Positions 26,175 to 39,582 are shown, numbered from the stretch's first letter. The stretch: DNA of 64,000 nucleotides from Mobula hypostoma (GCF_963921235.1 NC_086097.1:196356001-196420000); one strand, 5' to 3'. Program-made: numbers and translations. Notes: generated by a model from the sequence alone, not told the origin.

Positions 26175-27795
26175 AGTTACACACACTAAGTGTTGGTGGA
26201 ACGCAGCAGGGCAGACAGCATCCATAGGAAGAAGCACAGTCGACATTTCAGGCCGTGACCCTTCGTCAGGACTAGCTGAAAGAAGAGGTAGTAAGAGATT
26301 TTAAAGGGGGAGGAGGAGATCTGAAATGCTAGGAGAAGACAGGAGGGGGAGTGATAGAGCTAAGAGCTGGAAAGTTGGTTGGCAAAAGGGATACAGGGCT
26401 GGAGAAGGGAGAAGATCATGGGATGGGAGGCTTAGGGAGAAAGAAGGGGGGAGGGGAGCACCAGAGGAAGATGGAGAGCAGGCAAGGAGTTATTGTGAGA
26501 GGGACAGAGAGAAAAAGAAGAAAAAAATAAAAAGTTAATAAATAAATAAGGAATGGGGTGAGAATGGGAGGAGGGGCATTAACAGAAGTTAGAGAAGTCA
26601 ATGTTCATGCCATCAGGTTGGAGGCTACCCAGACGGAATATAAGGTGCTGTTTCTCCAACCTGAGTGTGGCTTCATCTTAACAGTAGAGGAGGCCATGGA
26701 TAGACATATCAGAATGGGAATGGGATGTGGAATTAAAATGTGTGGCCACTGGGAGATCCTGCTTTCTCTGGCAGACAGAGTGTAGGTGTTCAGCGAAACA
26801 GTCTCCCAGTCTCCATCGGATCTCACCAATATATAGAAGGCCGTACCGGACGCAGTATAGCACGCCAGCCAACTCACAGGTGAAATGTCGGCTCACCTGG
26901 AAGGACTATCTGGGGCCCTGAATGGTGGTGAGGGAGGAAGTGTAAGGGCATGTGTAGCACTTGTTCCGCTTACAAGGATAAGTGCCGGGAGGGAGATCGG
27001 TGGGAAGGGATGGGAGGGACGAATGGACAAGGGAGTCACATAGGGAGCGATCCCTGCGGAAAGCAGAAGGGAAGGGGAGATGTGCTTGGTGGTGGGATCC
27101 CGTTAGAGGTGGTGGAAGTTACAGAGAATTATATGTTGGACCCGGAGGGTGGTGGAGTGATAGGTGAGGACAAGGGGAACCCTATCCCTAGTGGGGTGGC
27201 GGGAGGATGGGGTGAGAGCAGATGTGTGTGAAATGGGAGAGATGCGTTTGAGAGCAGAGTTGATGGTGGAGGAAGGGAAGCCTCTTTCTTTAAAAAAGGA
27301 AGACATCTCCTTTGTCCTAGAATGAAAGGCCTCATCCTGAGAGCAGATGCGGCGGGGACGGAGGAATTGCGAGAAAGGGATGGCATTTTTGCAAGAAATG
27401 GTGGGAGGAGGAATAGTCCAGGTAGCTGTAGACGTCAGTAGATAGGCTGTCTCCAGAGATGGACAGAAAGATCAAGAAAGGGGAGAGAGGTGTCAGAAAT
27501 GGACCAGGTAAATTTGAGGGCAACGTGAAAGTTGGAGGCAAAGTTAATGAAGTCAACGAGCTCAGCATGCGTGCAGGAAGCAGCGCCAATGCAGTCGTCG
27601 ATGTAGTGAAGGAAAAGTGGGGACGGATGCCAGTGTAGGCTTGGAGCATGGACTGTTCCACAAAGTCAACAAAAAGGCAGGCATTGCTGGGACCCATACG
27701 GGTGCCCATGGCTACACCTTTAGTTTGGAGGAAGTGGGAGGAGCCAAACAAGAAATTATTAAGAGTAAGGACTAATTCCGCTAGACAGAGGAGAG
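26175..27795 (-). mobile_element. Penelope-like retroelement, 5'-truncated (RT + GIY-YIG endonuclease + pseudo-LTR)
   Basis: RT FLQTKGVAMGTRMGPS (ORF 27332-27751); FFKERGFP and RVPLVLTYH; GIY-YIG VLYCVRYGLLYIGEIRWRLGDCFAEH (ORF 26678-26896); hammerhead motif near the 3' end. Confidence 0.92.
26237..26274 (-). ncRNA. Minimal type I hammerhead ribozyme motif in the Penelope 3' end
   Basis: Minus strand TAGTC-CTGACGA-AGG[GTCACGG]CCT-GAAAT-GTC-GACTG: stem I, conserved core, stem II, and loopless stem III with a U-G wobble. Confidence 0.7.
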
Positions 27796-27959
27796 TGGTT
27801 TAAGGTCAATTCATTTCGTTAGAATATCTCATTAGAGCTTTGGTAATGTTTTTATTTTACTCCAGTCTTTGACATACAAAATTCAACTCTTGTTTCTATC
27901 TCTGCTCTTATTATTCTTTGCTTCCTAAAAATATTCCATTTGATTTTTAGATCCGTTTT

Positions 27960-30640
27960 AAGACCGTAAGATATAGGAGCAGAATTAGGCCATTTGGCCT
28001 ACTGCATCTGCTCTGCTATTTCATCGTGACTGATCCATTTTTCCTCTCAGCCCCAATCTCCTGCCTTCTCCCCTCATGCCTTAACTAATCAAGAATCTAT
28101 CAAACTCTGCCTTAAATATACCCAATGACTTGGCCTTCTCAGCCACCTATGGCAACAAATTCCACAGATTGACCACTCTTTGGCTTAAGAAATAACTTCT
28201 AATCTCCATTCTGAAAGGACACCCCTCTATTCTGAAGCTGTGTCCTCTGGTCTTGGACTCCCCCCACCATAGGAAACATCCTCTCCATATACACTTTATC
28301 GAGGCCTTTCAACAATCAATCAGTTTTAATGGGTTCACCCCTCATTCTTCTGAATTCCAGTCAGCACAGGTCCAGAGCCATCAAATGCTCTTCAGATAAT
28401 AGGACTTCTCATCTGAGAATCATTTACGTGAACCTCCTTTGAACCATGTCATCCTTTCTTAAATAAAGGGCCCAGAACTGCTCACAATACTCTAAGTGAG
28501 ACCTTGTCAGTGATTTATAAAGCCTCAACATTATATCCTTGCTTTCATATTCTAGTCCTCATGAAATGAATGCTAGTATCACATTGCCTTCCTCACTCAC
28601 CACTGACTCAGCCTGAAAATTAACCTTTAGGGAATCTTACACAAAGATTCAACTCCCTTTTGCACCTCAACGTTTGAATTTTCTCTCTACTTAGAAAACA
28701 GACTAACCTTTTATTTCTTCTACCAAAGTGCATGACTTTCCAACAGTGTTCCATCTGTCACTTCTTTGCCCATTTTCCTAATCTAAGTCCTTCTATAACC
28801 CCTCTACTTCCTCAAAACTACCTGCCCTTCCACCTTTCTTTGCATCATCTGCAAACTTTGCCACAAAGCTATCAATTCTGTCATCCAAGTCAATGACATA
28901 CAAAAAGAAGTGGTGTTCCACAGGGGTCTGCGTTGGGACCACTAGTCAGCAGCAGCCAACCGAAAAAGCCTCTTTGCCTCCTCCCAATCAACCAGTGCTT
29001 TATCCATGCTAGTATCTTTCCTGTAATACCACGGGCTTTTAATTTGTTAAGCAGCTTCATGTGTGGCACCTTATCAAAGGCCTTCATAAAATCCGAGTAC
29101 ACAACATCCACCAATCCTCTTTTGTCTACCATGTTTGTTATTTCTTCAAAGAATTCCAACAGATTCGTTAGGCAAAATTTTCCCTTGAGGAAACCATGCT
29201 GGCTACAGCCTATTTTATCATGTGTCTCCAAGTACCCTGAAACCATATCTTCAAAAAATCTTCACCACCATTGAGGTCAGACTAACTGCCTTATAATTAC
29301 TTTTCTTCTACTTCTCCACCTGCTAGAAGAGTGGAGTGAAATTTGCAATTTTCTATTCTTCCAGAACCATGCCAGAATCAATTGATTCTTGAAAGATATT
29401 TACTAATGCTTCCATAATCTCTTAAGCTACCTCTTTCAGAAACCTGGGTGGAATACCATCTGGTCCCCGTAAATTATCTACCTTCAGACCTTTCAGTTCC
29501 CAAGAACCTTCTCCCTAGTGATGCCAACACTCCCGAACTTCTGGTACACTGCTAGACTGATGCAAGATACACAGTGAAGACTGATGCAAGATACTTGTTC
29601 AGTTCATCCACCATTTCCTTGTCCCAAATTACTACCTCTCCAACATTATTTTCCAGTGGTCTGATATCCATTCTCGACTTTCTTTTACACTTTGTTTCTG
29701 AAGAAACTTTTGGTGTCTCTTTTAATATTATTGGCTAGCTTACCTTTGTATTCCATCTTTTCCTTAATGACTTTTTAGTTGCCTTCTGTTGGTTTTTAAA
29801 AGCTTTCCAATCTTCTAACTCCCCACTAATTTTTGCTCTAATTATATGCCTTCTCCTTGGTTTTAATGTTGGTTTTGCCTTCTCTTGTCAGCCAGCCGTG
29901 TCATCCTGCCTTTAGAATGCTTCTTCCTCTTTGGGATGTATATATCCTATGCTTTCTGAATTGCTTCCAGAAATTCCAGCCATTGTTGTTCTACCGTCAT
30001 CCTTGCCAGTGCTGTTTTCCAATCAATTCTGGCCAGCTTCTCTCTCAAGCCTCTGTAACTCCTGTTACTCTACTATAATACTGTACATCTGTCTTTAGCT
30101 TCCCCTTCTCAAGTTACAGGGTAAATTCTATCATGTTATGATCAATTACTCCTAAGGGTTCCCTTATCTTAAGCTCTCGGATCTATTCCTGTTCTTTGCA
30201 CGACACGCAAGTCAGAATAGCTGATCCCTTGGTGGGCTCAACCACGAGCGCTCTAAAAAAAGCCATTTTGTTTTCTTTCTAGAAATCTCCCCTTTAGGGA
30301 TCCAGCACCAACATGATTTTCCCAATCTACCTGCATATTAGAATCCTCCTTGACTATTGTAACATTAACCTTTTGGCATGCATTTTCTATCTCCCATTGT
30401 AATTTGTGGACCACATCCTTACTACTGTTAAGGGGTCTGTAAATAACTTCAGTCAGGGTCTTTTTACTCATGCCATTCCTTAACTCTATCCACAATGATT
30501 CAACATTTTCTGACGCTATGTCACTGCTTTCTAATGATTTGATTTTACTCTTTTTTTAACCAACAGAGCCACACCATCCCTTCTACCTACTTGCCTATCC
30601 TTACAATACAATGTGCATCATTGGATGTTAAGCTTCCTGC
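27960..30640 (-). mobile_element. CR1 LINE, decayed (EN to 3' end)
   Basis: WIELRNGMSKKTLTEVIYRP and SQHGFLKGKFCLTNLLEFF...DFMKAFDKVPH; tail at 27960. Confidence 0.9.
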
Positions 30641-30784
30641 CTCCCTCTGTTGAATGGGGTGAAGGGAGAGGGATGGTTGATCTCTCTTTTTCCTAAATGT
30701 GATTCATTTGCAACAATTTTGTACATTAATTCAATACAGTATTTCTGCCACCCATGCAGATTACATTAGCAATGACATGCAGAA

Positions 30785-32787
30785 CTAAGTGTTACCAGAA
30801 AATTAATCACTGTCTCCCGGCAGTTTACCAGCAGAGCACCTATCCGAAACGTGCAAGCGCTTCCACTTCCATGGCTCCGAACATCACGTGTCAGAACGGA
30901 GACCTGAAAAGAGCAATATAGGAAAAAAGAAAGGAGCTTAAGAAGGGGGCATGAGAAGGCCTTGGTGAGTAGGGTAAAGGAAAACCCCAAGGCATTCTTC
31001 AATTATGTGAAGAACAAAAGGATGACAGGAGTGAAGGTAGGACCGATTAGAGATGAAGGTGGGAAGATGTGTCTGGAGGCTGTGGAAGTGAGCGAGGTCC
31101 TCAATGATTACTTCTCTTCGGTATTCACCAGTGAGAGGGAACTTGATGATGGTGAGGACAATATGAGTGAGGTTGATGTTCTGGAGCATGTTGATATCAA
31201 CGGAGAGGAGGTGTTGGAGTTGTTAAAATACATTAGGATGGATAAGTCCCCGGGGCCTGACGGAATATTCCCCAGGCTGCTCCATGACGCAAGAGAAGAT
31301 ATTGCTGAGCCTCTGCCCTAGGATCTTTATGTCCTCGTTGTCCCTGGGAATGGTACCGGAGGTTTAGAGGGAGGTGAATGTTGTCCCCTTGTCCAAAAAA
31401 AGGTATTAGGAATAGTCTGGGTAATTATAGACCAGTGAGCCTTATACCTGTGGTGGGAAAGCTGTTGGAAAAGATTCTTAGAGATAGGATCTCTGGGCAT
31501 GTAGAGAATCATGGTCTGATCAGGGACAGTCAGCGTGGTTTGTGAAGGGCAGATCGTGTCTTAACAAGCCTGATAGAGTTCTTTGACGAGGTGACCAGGC
31601 ATATAGATGAGGGTAGTGCAGTGGATGTGATCTATATGGAGTTTAGTAAGGCATTTGACAAGGTTCCACACGGTAGGCTTATTCAGAAAGTCAGAAGGCA
31701 TGGGATCCAGGGAAGTTTGGCCAGGTGGATTCAGAATTGGCTTGCCTGCAGAAGGCAGAGGGCGGTGGGGGAGGGAGTACATTCAGATTGGAGGATTGTG
31801 ACTACTGGTGTCCCACAGGATCTGTTCTGGGACCTCTACTTTTCATGATTTTTATTAACGACCTGGATGTGGGGGTAGAAGGGTGGGTTGGCAAGTTTAC
31901 AGACGACACAAACGTTGGTGGTGTTGTGGATAGTGTAGAGGATTGTCGAAGATTGCAGATAGGCATTGATAGGATGTAGAAGTGGGCTGAGACGTGGCAG
32001 ATGGAGTTCAACCCGGAGAAGTGCGAGGTGGTACACTTTGGAAGGACAAACTCCAAGGCAGAGTACAAAGTAAATGGCAGGATACTTGGTAGTATGGAGG
32101 AGCAGAGGGATCTGGGAGTACATGTCCACAGATCCCTGAAAGTTGCCTCCCAGGTAGATAGGGTAGTTAAGAAAGCTTGTGGGGTGTTAGCTTTCATAAG
32201 TCGAGGGATAGAGCTTAAGGGTCGCGATGTAATGATGCAGCTCTATAAAACTCTGGTTAGGCCACACTTAGAGTACTGTGTCCAGTTCTGGTTGCCTCAC
32301 TATAGGAAGGATGTGGAAGCATTGGAAAGGGTACAGAGGAGATTTACCAGGATCCTGCCTGGTTTAGAGAGTATGCATTATGATCAGAGATTAAGGGAGC
32401 TAGGGCTTTACTCTCTGGAGAGAAGGAGGATGAGAGGAGACATGATAGAGGTATACAAGATAATAAGAGGAATAGATAGAGTGGCTAGCCAGTGCCTCTT
32501 CCCCAGGGCACCACTGCTCAATACAAGAGGACATGGCTTTAAGGTAAGGGGTGGGAAGTTCAAGGGGGATATTAAAGGAAGGGTTTTTACTCAGAGAGTG
32601 GTTGGTGCATGGAATGCACTGCCTGAGTCAGTGGTGGAGGCAGATACACTCGTGAAGTTTACGAGACTACTAGACAGGTATATGGAGGAATTTAAGGTGG
32701 GGGGTTATATGGGAGGCAGGGTTTGAGGGTCGGCACAACATTGTGGGCCGAAGGGCCTGTAATGTGCTGTACTATTCTATGTTCTAT
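30785..32787 (+). mobile_element. Young 5'-truncated CR1 with extra 5' segment
   Basis: KENPKAFFNYV, KSPGPDGIFPRLL, KAFDKVPH and RPHLEYCVQFW motifs; TTCTATGTTCT tail; candidate TSD ATGCAGAA (30777-84 and 32786-93). Confidence 0.9.
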
Positions 32788-33152
32788 GCAGAAGGATGGC
32801 AAACTTGAATGGACAGCTTTCTAGCCCATCACTGAGGATATTATAATAAAATCAACAGTGGGGGACCTAACATGACTCATTTCATCCTGTCAATTAGAGG
32901 ATCTGCCAATTATGTCTTCATTCTACCTTCACTTAGATTGACTTTGGCCCAGATGATTTGCTTATGAGAGACTTAATTGAATATCTATGCAAATTCATTT
33001 AAATAGCAACTGCACACGTCCAAAAGTAATTCAGTCTGGTTTGTGAAGCACAATCAACCAGTTGTTGGGTACATTGAAAATAAGAGCAGAAATAAACCAC
33101 TTGGCATTTCAAGCCTCCTCCACTATTCAGTACAGTCATGGCTGACAATCTA

Positions 33153-33698
33153 CACTCAGTAGTCACTTTATTAATTACACCTGTACACCTTTTCATTAAT
33201 GCAAATATCTGATAAGCAAATCGTGGCAAAATGCAATACCTAGAAGCTTGCAGACATGGTTAAGAGGTTCAGTTGTGATCAGACCAAACAACAGAATGGG
33301 GAAGAAATGTGATCTAAATGACTTTGACCAAGGAATAATTATTGGTGCCAGATAGATTAGCTTAAGTATCTCAGAAACTGCTGATTTGGGATTTTCACAT
33401 GTAATGTATTCTAGTTTACAGAGGATGGTGCAAACATCCAGTGAATGGCAGTTCTGTGGGCAAAAACACCTTGTTAATGAGAGAGGTCAGAGGAGAATAG
33501 CTAGGCTGGTTGAAGCTAATAGGAAGGTGACAGTAACTCAAATAACCATGCATACAACAAAAGTGTGCAGAAGAATATCTGAACATTCAACACATTGAAC
33601 CTTGAAGTAGATGAGCTACAGCAGCAGAAGACCACAAGCATACACTAGCAGCCGTTTTATTATGCACAGGAGGTACCTAATAAAGTGGCCAGTAAGTG
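33153..33698 (+). mobile_element. Internally deleted Tc1/mariner DNA transposon
   Basis: TA-flanked TIRs CACTCAGTAGTCACTTTATT...AATAAAGTGGCCAGTAAGTG. Remnant transposase N-terminus MGKKCDLNDFDQGIIIGAR...SISETA. Confidence 0.85.
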
Positions 33699-35129
33699 TA
33701 TTTCAGAGCTATGCTCTAGTGCTTTCACAGTATTCCTTGATGCATTTTGCATCTAGAAATATATCCAATTTTTTCCAACTTGTGCATTCTTCTGGTACTA
33801 AATTTCACAGTTTCATCACTGACTGAAGAAATGTCTTCTGATCTCTGTCCTAAAATCTCTTAGCTGATAAACATGATTGGTCCCACATTGTAAACATCAG
33901 AATTAACTTTATTATCACAGACATCTCTTATGAAATTCATTGTTTTGTGGTAGCAGTACAGTGCAGGACAAAACTATCTAGTTCAAAAACTAATTACAAG
34001 GTAGTGTTCATGGATTGTTCAGAATCTATTGCAGAGGGGAAGAAGCTGTTCTTAACCTTAATGTTTCTTAATTGTACATATTTTTTTTGTCTTCCATCGC
34101 TGAGCAGCAGTGAACCATCTGATTGGCATATCAGAGTGCTCTTTGGGAACTAGTTGACTTGATCAGCATTTCTGATCTGGCTATTGTTCACGATTGCACT
34201 TAATAAAAAAAAAGATATTGAGTATGGGTCTTCAGGTTCCTGTAGCTCTTCCCTAATGGTATAACCTAAATGTAATGTGCTGTACGGTTTCACTGCTAAT
34301 GTAATGGTTTCTCTGGTGTAAGCTGGCTATGTACTGAATAGCTGTGCTAATGAACTGGCTGGAATGTTCCATCCCCTTAAAACTAATAAACTCCAAGACC
34401 TTGGCCTCATTACCTCCCTGTGCAACTGGATCCTCTATTTCCACACTTGCAGACCCCAGTGCCAAATATCCCAACTGACCCCACTCACTCCTTTTGAATG
34501 CTGTCTCCCGTTACGCAGTCCAACATCTCCTCTGGAACTGTGGTGCACAAAATGTCCTGACTGTCCCTCTACTCACTTCTTTTGAATTCTCTTCTGCTAC
34601 ATAATCCATTGTCTCCTTGGAAACTGATACATAAGCAAAGTTCATAATTCTTTTGTATTGTATTTCTTTAATTATCTGTAAACATCTGCAAGAAAATGAA
34701 TCTCTCAAGGTAGCATATAGTGACATGTGCATATTTTGATATTAAATTTACTTTTACCTCTGTCTTTGCCTGATGCCACTGTTCAGTCCATGTGATGGAT
34801 GGCGAACTCCCTGAGTTAGAGTCAGAGAAAAGTACAGCACAGAAACAGGCGCTTTGGCCCATCTAATCCTTGCTGAAACCATTTAAATTGCTTACACCCA
34901 ATGATCTGCATCGGGACCACAGCCCTCCCTACCCCTATTATCTATGTACCTATTGAAACTTCTTTTAAACTATGAAATCAAACTCTCATCCACAACTTGT
35001 GCTGGCAGCTCATTCCCCACTTCGAATTCTGTGTCTGGAGAGCTGTGGGTGAGCCATGTTTCTGCATGCCACGGTTTGCAAGAAGACTTTGATAGTGCAT
35101 TAGTAGACACTTGCCAAGGTCCATCAAAA

Positions 35130-35790
35130 AGTTAGGTTTAAGCAGAGTGGGCCACTGTTAGAGTTGGGATTTCAGGCTTTGGCTTATAAAGACTTTGGGG
35201 AGGAGAGGTGAAGGCAATAGGTAGACTTTTTTGTTTAATTTTTTCTTCTTGTACAGTTAAAGCAATGGGGATACCAGGCAGGATAGTGGATTGCTCCTCT
35301 ATAGGATGTGGGAAGGTAGGGAGACCTCCAGTGTCTCTGACAACTATACCTGCAAGAAGTACATCCAGCTGCAGCTTCTTTCAGACCATGTTAAGGAATC
35401 AAAGCAAACTGCAGATCATTCAGGAGGCTGAGGGATTGATCGACAGGGCTTACAGGGAGGTAGTTGCACCCAAGGTGAAGGACACAGTAATTAGGTAACC
35501 ATCAGGAGGGGGCATCCAGTGCAGACCACCCCTCTGGCTGTTCCCCTCAACAACAGAAATACTGCTTTGGATACTGGTGTGGGGGGTGGGAGAGAGATGG
35601 GACCTAGTAGAGGAAAGCTATAGCAATGAAGTCTCTAGCACTGAGTCTGGCTCTGTAGCTCAGCAGTGGAGGGAGGAGAATCGAGTGCAGTAATGATAGA
35701 GAATTCCATAGTTAGAGGAGTAGACAGGAGATTCTGTGGATGTGAAAGACACCCAGATAGTATGTTGCCTCCCAGGTGCCAGGGTCAGTG
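35130..35790 (+). mobile_element. CR1 ORF1 fragment (zinc-finger/leucine-zipper and esterase start)
   Basis: Degenerate CKKYIQLQLL...IDRAYREVVAP and SIVRGVDRRFCG...VCCLPGARV motifs typical of CR1 ORF1. Confidence 0.75.
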
Positions 35791-36406
35791 AGGTTTTGTG
35801 CAGCAGAGGAAGGTTGACAAAAAAATGTTAGTTTTGCAAATGTTTATCGTAGTTTTTAGTGAGTCAGCGATGTCTTGTAATTCTGTGTCAGTGCAGATAT
35901 GCATGTGTTGCAGCTCTGACTAAAATTGAAATGTCCTTAATTCACAGTGGATGCAATAGTACAGGGGTTTCTAACCTGGGCTCCAAGGTCACTTGTTTAG
36001 TGGTATTGGTCCACAGCATTAAAAAGGTTGGTAACCCTGATTAGTGGTTCCACAGTTTCCTATTTGCATTAGTTCTACTCCCAACAGGAGCTTGTTGAAT
36101 TGAGAAAATTGAAACAATAACACAACTTTGCTTAAACCCAATCCGCTTTGGGTTAGGTCATTGGTTAGAGTCACAGTTTGCATGCCATCACCTAGCACAT
36201 GGTAAATGGAGATTAATTTCCAAGGACAGCTGAATTTGAGAACTATTTTCATGGTGTCTTTCAGTTGACTTCGTTAAAGGCATTTTTTTCCAGTGTCAAG
36301 ATCGTATGTACTGATTGATGTTGTTGCTCCCTGCATTTCCCTTAGAATCGCAGGTTTTGTCAACTATGTATAGTCATAGAAAAAATTGTACTTCAATTAG
36401 GGGAAC

Positions 36407-37096
36407 ACATTCGGCCCTCTGTATCCGCGGGGGATTGGTCCGGGACCCCCACAGATACCAAAATTCGTGGATGCTCAAGTCTCTTATATAAAAGCCTAAG
36501 AGAGCTCATAAGGGTGTTACGAAAAGCGAAAGTTGTGTTCAGTGTTTGCTTTGCAGCGAGCCGTTATAGAGGCAGCGCGCACCCCGAGCAGCAAGAGTGC
36601 TTTATCTTGATTTATTTTGTGCATCCGTTAGCAAGATGTGTCCTAAGGTAACAGAAAAGCCTAAGAGAGCTCGTAAGGGTGTAATGCTTAGCGTAAGACT
36701 GGACGTAATTAAGCGTTTTGATTGTGGTGAACGAAATAAAGACATTGTGTGTGCATTGAACTTGCCTACATCCACCATTTGTACTACCGTATTTACACGC
36801 AGAGAGAAAGAATCTTGAAAGCTGCTGATGTTACTGTTGGTTCTGCTAGTAGCATATCATTCCTGCTTTTTCTATATGTTAGTGTTATTTTAGGTTTTAT
36901 GTGTTATTTGGTAGGTTATTTTTTTGGGTCTGGGAACGCTCAGAAATTTTTCCCATATAAATTAATGGTAATTGCTTCTTCGCAACTGAACAAGATGCGA
37001 GGCGAACAGTGCTCAAACAACGCGTGCTGGCGAGAGAACTTCCGGGTTTTCCCGATCCACGGTTGGTTAAATCCATGGATGTGGAGGGCTGACAGT
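36407..37096 (+). mobile_element. Tigger/pogo-derived non-autonomous DNA transposon
   Basis: Inverted ends TCGGCCCTCTGTATCCGCGG ... CCATGGATGTGGAGGGCTGA. CENP-B/psq HTH remnant KRARKGVMLSVRLDVIKRFDCGERNKDIVCALNLPTSTICT. Confidence 0.78.
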
Positions 37097-39153
37097 ATTT
37101 TTAACCACTAGGAGAAGTCAGATTAACATGGGAGTGCAAGAGTAGGTCCTCCAGACTTTCAGACCTGCTCCGTCATTAAGATCATGGCTGATCTAGCCCA
37201 GTGTCATTTTCCAACACTGTCCCCATCTGCCTTTATTACCATATTGGCCAGAAATCTGTTGATCTGTAAATGTGATGACTGAATTTTCACAGCTGTCATG
37301 GCTATTAGAACTCTAGGGATTTACTCACCTGAATAAAGCAATTTCCTTTCTTTTTTTCTTATCTTTTTTTATTAGTTTCATAGAATATAAACATAACAGC
37401 AATAATGCAAAGTTGTTGGGAATACATTGTTATACTTAACATGAGTAATTATAAAACCAAATAGTATTTAATTGACAAAACTCCCAATCATGTAAGATAC
37501 CAATGAATAATACAGGACAAAAAGAAAATATCTAGACAAAAATCATGAAAAAAGAAAACAAAAATAAAAAAAACAAAACCCCTTCAAAAAAAACTAATCT
37601 GAACAGAATTAATCAACTAAACTTTAAAAAAAAGACCTGGGCAATTTTAACAACGTAAAAATGGAAGAAAAGAAAACCTTAGTGTCGACGACTCCGTTCT
37701 TCTCAACCAACACTACAGAGAAGTAAAATAAGTTTGGAAATTGTCAAATTACATCATATGAAAATGATGAATAAATGGCCTCCAAGTTTTTTCAAATTTA
37801 ATGGAAGGGTCATAAACCACACTTCTAATTTTTTCCAAATTTAAACACAAATTTAAACATTTGTGAAAACCAGTGAAATACAGTAGGAGGGTTAATCTCT
37901 TTCCAATTCAGCAAAATGGATCTTCTAGCCATTAAAGTAAGAAGTGCAATCACCCGACAAGCTGAAGAGGTTAAATGATTTGAGTCTATCATTGGTAATC
38001 CGAAAATAGCAGTAATTGGGTGAGGTTGTAAGTCTGTATTCAAAACCGTTGAAATAATTATCAAAAATTTCTTTCCAGTATTTTTCCAACAAAGGACATG
38101 ACCAAAACATGTGAGTTAAAGAAGCCATCTCGGAATGACACCTATCACATATAGGATTAATATAAGAATAGTAACGAGATAGTTTATCTTTGGACATATG
38201 AGCCCTGTGCACTACTTTAAACTGTATCAACACATGTTTAGCACATACAGAGGATGAATTAACTAAGTGAAGAATGTTTTCCTGTTTTTCAATCGGTATA
38301 ACAATCTTAAGTTCTCTTTCCCAATCAATTTAATTTTATTGGAAACATCAGGACATAAATTCATAATTATATTATAAGTACTTGCTACAACACTTTTCTG
38401 AGAGAGAGTTAGATCTAAAATTTTTTCCAAAATATCCATTGGATATGCGTGTGGAAAATTAGGAGGAACAGTAATTAAAAAGTTTCTAATCTGTAGGTAT
38501 CTTAAAAAAGTGAGATCCAGGTAAATTATATTTATTAGAAAGTTGATCAAAGGACATGAAACAATTATCCAAAAATAAATCATGAAAACATACTATACCT
38601 TTGATTTTCCAATCAAAGTAAGCTTGATCCATAGTGGAAGATTGAAAAAGGAAATTAGATATAATATGACTTGCTAAAATAAATTTGATTGAACCCAAAA
38701 AATCTTCGGAATTGAAAGCATATACATAAAGTATGCTTAACAATTGGATTATTCATTTGTTTATACAATTTAGAAGAAATAAAAGGAAGCGAAGTTCCTA
38801 AAACCGAACCCAAAGAAGACCCTTGTAATGAATTACATTCAAGATTTACCCAATGTGGACTTGAAGTTGCATCCAAATCGCGTAACCAAAATTTAAAGTA
38901 TCGAATATTAATTGCCCAATAATAAAATCTAAAATTTGGGAGGGCGAGCCCCCCATCTTTTTTAGATTTCTGTAAATACCTTTTACCTAGCCTAGGATTT
39001 TTGTTCTGCCATATATATGAGGAAATTTTTGAATCAACATTATCAAAAAAAGATTTTGGGATAAAAATTGGAACCGATTGAAATACATATAGAAATTTAG
39101 GCAAAATAATCATCTTAATAGCATTAATCCGACCAATTAAAGACAAAGATATT

Positions 39154-39261
39154 GGTAACATACATCAAAGTTGCTGGTGAATGCAGCAGGCCAAGCAGCA
39201 TCTATAGGAAGAGGTGCAGTCGACGTTTCAGGCCGAGACCCTTCGTCAGGACTAACTGAAC
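39154..39261 (-). mobile_element. 108-bp Penelope pseudo-LTR mini-insertion in L1 ORF2
   Basis: 10-bp TSD CAAAGATATT (39144-53 and 39262-71). The sequence matches 26180-26280. Confidence 0.85.
39217..39254 (-). ncRNA. Minimal type I hammerhead ribozyme motif, intact core
   Basis: Minus strand TAGTC-CTGACGA-AGG[GTCTCGG]CCT-GAAAC-GTC-GACTG: CUGANGA and GAAA core, GUC cleavage triplet, 5-bp stem I, palindromic ACGT stem III. Confidence 0.8.
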
Positions 39262-39582
39262 CAAAGATATTCGTGACCATTTAGTAAACAAGAGTTTAAT
39301 CTGATCAATTAAAGGTAAAAAAATTATCTTTAAATAAATCTTTATACTTTTTCGTAATTATAATCCCTAAATATATAAATGAGTCAGTAACCAATTTAAA
39401 TGGAAAACATCCATAAATAGGTACCTGCTTATTTGGGGGAAATAATTCACTCTTATTAAGATTTAATTTGTAGCCAGAGAAATTACTAAATTGAGCCAAC
39501 AAAGCTAAAATAGCAGGAATTGACTTCTCCGGATTAGAGATATATAATAACAAATCATCTGCATATAGTGATAGTTTATGTA

